Part shown: positions 62,755 to 64,000 of the stretch, piece by piece
Layout: every line of letters starts with the position of its first letter
Numbering within the stretch: the stretch's first letter is position 1
Assembly: GCA_007117135.1 (NCBI GenBank)
Contig: SKHB01000010.1
Location: 21,762 to 85,761 of the forward strand
Length of the DNA stretch: 64,000 nt
Reading direction: 5' to 3'
Source of the DNA: Microbacteriaceae bacterium
GTDB taxonomy: Bacteria > Actinomycetota > Actinomycetes > Actinomycetales > Microbacteriaceae
The notes under the pieces: generated by a model
Told to the model about the DNA's origin: nothing
What the model saw: the letters and a program-made list of their open reading frames with translations, nothing else
Databases searched by the model: none
Program-made: the position numbers and the translations under genes

Positions 62755-62928
62755 AGTAAACCTCTCCGTTGATTACTTCTTAGGGTAAGTGTTTCTTCGG
62801 CAAAACCGGGGAAACACACAGCAGTATCCAAGGCAAAAAACGGCTAGCCGCTAGAGTAGGGATATCCGGGGTTTACAGGGCTCCTTTTGGCTGGGAAGCC
62901 ACACCATCAACACCCCAGGAGGCAAGCG

Positions 62929-64000
62929 ATGACGCTTACCCAGCCACAGCCCCTCTCCAACAGCGACTTGCCGAGGCCCCACGCCTACACCGCAAGCTAC
63001 TCGGAAATTCTGCGCACCGTGAAAGCCCACGGACTTTTGGGCCGTCGCCGTGACTTCTACATCGCGTTCGGCGTCGTGCTCCTCGTCGCACTCGGCGGCC
63101 TTTTCACCGCCAGTGTTTTTATTGGCCAATCATGGTGGCAGTTGGCTCTTGCCGCCGCTCTTGGCATCATTTTCACCCAGTTCGCCTTTTTGGGTCACGA
63201 ACTCGCCCACCGCCAAGTCTTCGAGTCAGGTCCCCTCAACGACCGATTCGGCAACTTTATTGCCCACTTTTTGGTGGGGATTAGCTATTCGTGGTGGATG
63301 AACAAACACTCCCGCCACCACACCCACCCCAACCAGGTCGGCAAAGACCCCGACATTGAATCCAGCGTGGTGGTGTTTTACCCGGAACAAAAAATGGGTG
63401 GCGGAGCCTTCCAGCGCTTTGTGTCGAAGCGCCAAGGGTGGTTGTTTTTTCCCCTGCTCACCTTGGAGGGTTTGAATCTGCAAATCCAAGGCATCAAACG
63501 TGCGTTCACCGACGCGAAGGCAGACAACCGGGTGTTGGAGCCAATTTTGCTTTTTGCCCGCCACTTGGTTCTCATCGGCTTCGCGTTCTTCGTGATGGGC
63601 CCCTGGATTGGCCTTGCCTTCCTTGGCGTCTACACCGCCGTCTTTGGCGTCTATATGGGAGGATCTTTTGCCCCCAATCACAAAGGAATGCCAATTATTC
63701 CCGCTGAACAAAAGGTCGACTTTTTACAGCGACAGGTGCTCACCAGCCGAAACATTCGCAGCAACCGTTTCACCGACTTTCTGATGGGTGGATTGAACTA
63801 TCAGGTCGAGCACCACCTGTTCCCGAACATGCCGAGACCTGCCCTGCACAAGGCAGCAAAAATCGTCAAAGAATATTGCCGCACCCACAACATCCCCTAC
63901 ACCGAAACAAGCCTGCTGGCCTCATACGGCATCGTGGTCAGCTACCTCAACAGGGTGGGGCTATCGGCAAGAGACCCCTTCGACTGCCCCGTGGCACAAG
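62929..64000 (+). CDS. Membrane fatty acid (acyl-CoA) desaturase, 3'-truncated by the window edge
   Basis: Hand translation from the ATG at 62929 (SD AGGAGG) gives MTLTQPQP... with His boxes HELAH, HSRHH and QVEHHLFP. It is absent from the ORF track, consistent with no stop before the edge. Confidence 0.92.
   Translation, partial: MTLTQPQPLSNSDLPRPHAYTASYSEILRTVKAHGLLGRRRDFYIAFGVVLLVALGGLFTASVFIGQSWWQLALAAALGIIFTQFAFLGHELAHRQVFESGPLNDRFGNFIAHFLVGISYSWWMNKHSRHHTHPNQVGKDPDIESSVVVFYPEQKMGGGAFQRFVSKRQGWLFFPLLTLEGLNLQIQGIKRAFTDAKADNRVLEPILLFARHLVLIGFAFFVMGPWIGLAFLGVYTAVFGVYMGGSFAPNHKGMPIIPAEQKVDFLQRQVLTSRNIRSNRFTDFLMGGLNYQVEHHLFPNMPRPALHKAAKIVKEYCRTHNIPYTETSLLASYGIVVSYLNRVGLSARDPFDCPVAQ

Noticed and set aside
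62851-63711. Several short ORFs in the track near the right end
   Set aside because: They are shadows or alternative frames of the desaturase CDS starting at 62929.

Overview
High-GC actinobacterial chromosome segment, almost all core genome; gene content and order fit a streamlined Microbacteriaceae-like organism (inference). In order it carries amt, zapE, sseA-sufE, rnd, dxs, acnA, dut, sepH, a convergent topoisomerase IV pair, sigA, pepA-lpd-dlaT, glnA-glnE-glnA2-nadE-panB, map-ppgK, RNase P RNA, rnhA, tRNA-Val, aceE-fasR-fabDH-acp-fabF, a TetR-MmpL-YhgE/Pip module and DUF3145. No IS elements, prophage or CRISPR array were seen. The most interesting part is the right end. A heliorhodopsin (RWVEYS and SLVAK motifs) is tightly coupled to a soluble DUF1684 gene and is divergent from a fatty-acid desaturase that the ORF track missed because it runs off the window. 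The non-coding DNA also has readable signals: GlnR boxes, a TamR-like operator at acnA, a ClgR-like site, a TetR operator, many leaderless -10 elements, a compact bidirectional promoter and several structured 5' leaders. All family calls come from motif recognition; no database searches were run.
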